From Obrimoposthia wandeli (Eukaryota), in contig CDROCS010001043.1 of NCBI GenBank assembly GCA_977020255.1, positions 868,001 through 932,000 of the forward strand: DNA of 64,000 nucleotides. Direction: 5' to 3'. Position 1 is the first letter of the stretch; each line of letters opens with the position of its first letter. The translations under genes were made by a program, and so were the position numbers. Below are positions 61,734 through 64,000 of the stretch, piece by piece. The notes under the pieces were generated by a model. It did not search any database and was not told where the DNA came from. It was given only the letters and a program-made list of their open reading frames with translations.

Positions 61734-62267
61734 ATACCCATGTGCTTGTTTACCAGCATCGTGGAATGAATCAACTAAAAAGTTCTTATTTTGAGGAAAT
61801 GCCTGTCTGGCCACAAAATCAACAACTGTTTGATCTCTAGGATTTTTAAATAAAACTAAGTAATGCACATTAAGATTTCTAGTTCTATGGTGACCTCCAT
61901 GGTGAAAAAGATTTTGAGTGATAAATATAACTGTTACTTCACAATGTCTTGCAATCTTCGTAAATAAATTATTAAAGTCTGATTCCTTGTTAGCTTCCTG
62001 ATACAAATCATCAATTATTATTACATCTTCTTTTTTCAATCTTTCACACTAATTTGCATCAGATCCTTCAATAAATTGTATTCCCTTCAACTTGCAAACT
62101 TCTGTTTTGGTTAATCCGCTTTCCCCTCCTCCACCATGAGGCCAATAAATATTTTTGAAACTAAATTTGAAAAGAGATTTATTTTGCAACAATTTACATA
62201 CGAAATGTGTCTTTCCACTTCCACTGGGACCAACTATTTGAAATACAGAATTATTATTTAGCTCCAT
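61734..62267 (-). pseudogene. Packaging ATPase of copy C, frameshifted and truncated by the B terminus
   Basis: GPSGSGKT and IIIDD. Homology to the intact ATPase ends abruptly at ..CAT GGG TAT|AGTATGTGG. Confidence 0.9.
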
Positions 62268-62607
62268 TGCATATACTCTTTCATTTTTTTAATATTGTTT
62301 ATATTATCATAGAAGTTTCCTTATTGAAATGTACAATGGTAGAGCTATTGTAGATTAAATACAAAAATTAATTAATGAATATTTGGCTATAATTTTATTT
62401 ATTTGTATACGATTTCTAAATTCTCGAATAACGTGTGATCTAACCAATATTTCAATGTTATCTCTTGTTATATCATTATTTTTTAATTCTGATAAAATTT
62501 CTTTACTCCTAATTTTTCCAGAAAATATTTCGTCGGCAAGCCGATCCACTTCATTGTCTCTATTTATAGTATTATTCATTTGAAACAATAAGTTTAAACG
62601 GGTTTGT

Positions 62608-63108
62608 TTATAGAAAAGATAACAAGATGTAATAAGATATATTTTCTAAAATCAAATCAACAATGTCTGGATAATCAAAATTTTTCAATTCCAATATCAT
62701 AACTTTATCACTGGAAAATATATTTACACATAGCGGTTTAAACTTCAAATAACTGAGAGCAGGACAATTTCCTGGTTCAAACATGCATTCTTCTTTCATT
62801 TTATCTGCAGTTTTAAAAAGATTTATCTGTTTCCCAAGATTAGCCGAAATCGTGATTGATTGTATTGCAGTGATTTGAATTCCAAATGGTAAATTGAACC
62901 CAAGTATTGGTATTTTGCATCCCATAACACGACAATTTCCTAAAAGAATTCAATATGAAAATAAAATAAAAAACTAACCTGTAGGAAAAATAACAACTGT
63001 GAAATTGTCAAACTTTTCTACATATTGTCTAGGCTTCCATTCATTGAATGGTAAGTATGAAACATCATCTTCTGTTCTACCTTTATAATTTATATTTACG
63101 AGTTTCAT
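62608..63108 (-). CDS. TBP-like gene, copy C (intron 62978-62940)
   Basis: Same intron position as in B (39 nt here). Substitutions in conserved motifs (FPAL to CPAL, SSGK to SSDK, LGLK to LELK) suggest decay. Confidence 0.7.
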
Positions 63109-63357
63109 TAGACTGAAATTGTATTCTATAAAATCTTCTTTATATATGTCTGAACCTGCTTTTTTATTGCACGTTTCTTGTAATTATCTTGCAAACCTAT
63201 TATAATTGGATGATATATTTCTTCCAATCAAATTTGATTTTTAATATGGATTTAGTCCAATCAAATTCAATGCTTTAGTTATATTAACCAATGAGATTCA
63301 TGTCTTTGTTAGAATTGAGTATAAAAGAATGCGTCATTGGAGGACAAATCATAGTAA

Positions 63358-63840
63358 ATGCATTCATATCAAAGAAAATTATCAACGATGGATGATAGCC
63401 AACGGGTATTAAGCGACGAGGAAGTTATAGAAATGTTTGAAGAATCGGATAAGGATATGTATGAAGAAGTGAAACAATATTTCAAATACAAAGTCAGATT
63501 CTTGAAGAAGGCTCAACTGAGTGCTTTAGTAAATCCTGTGACAATTGAAAGAAGAAAGTTCAGCTACTATCTATCAAATATTCAAAAACCAGATTTTCAA
63601 TATCTGTAACAGAAAGTTGAAAAGGCAGTTCCGAATTTTACTTTCAATAAGAACGAATTTTATATCCGAGGACCCGATGAAGCATTTCTAGATGACTATG
63701 GAAGATATGTTGATATTGATGCATTTCCGAAAAAGAAGCAATGGACTGTAACAATTCGACTTTATGGTTACAAGAAAGATGAAATGGGGACAAAGTTGCC
63801 TATGTGGAAAATTGAACGTGCTCATGTTTCTATGTTTTAA
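63358..63840 (+). pseudogene. Unknown protein U1, copy C, premature TAA at 63607
   Basis: Homolog of 46416-46891. Confidence 0.6.
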
Positions 63841-64000
63841 CTTTTACGTGTCGGTTTTACTATGTTTCTTTCATTTAATAATCAGTTTTATTTATTTAAA
63901 TATTTGTATCTTATATGTATATTTTTTATAAACATTGTTTTTTTAATCAGTTTCCTTATTTTAGAATGGATGAGAGATGTGTAGCAAATTTTTATTAACC

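Larger units (their letters stand above)
61734..64000 (-). mobile_element. Polinton copy C (probably the right part of A), running off the window
   Basis: Inverted homolog of ~46250-48478: 5' part of the ATPase, small ORF, TBP-like gene, U1 and start of U2. Confidence 0.9.

Noticed and set aside
35810-61739. One giant element bounded by TIRs at 35816 and 61733
   Set aside because: The flanks (gatgta vs ataccc) do not form a TSD, the right end interrupts another ATPase, and the gene content would be duplicated. Nesting explains the data better.

Overview
AT-rich animal genomic DNA (spliceosomal GT-AG introns, one 457-N gap); the organism cannot be identified from the sequence. The left half (358-29768, +) is a multi-exon Ena/VASP-family gene (EVH1, GAB/FAB, tetramerisation coil) whose first coding exon lies before the window. 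Its introns hold a ~2.6-kb foldback element, a decayed Polinton capsid/protease module, Chapaev-like and hAT transposon remnants, several MITEs and LINE tails. A two-exon DM9-repeat gene follows on the - strand (33835-34825). From 35816 to the end are endogenous Polinton/Maverick (adintovirus-like) elements. A nearly complete ~16-kb copy (B, gap to 61733) carries pPolB, integrase, packaging ATPase, major and minor capsid and adenain protease. It appears to have inserted in inverted orientation into the ATPase gene of an older copy of the same family (A, 35816 to gap, plus C, 61734 onward). The family has several unusual features: many 31-76-nt spliceosomal introns, a spliced TATA-binding-protein (TBP)-like gene, a multi-exon disordered regulator-like protein with SIM-like motifs and an AT-hook, a spliced Cys/His-rich and acidic N-terminal extension on the polymerase, a tandem pair of paralogous unknown ORFs, and termini with hairpins and AP-1/nuclear-receptor motif arrays. 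All family assignments come from motif recognition by eye; no database searches were run.
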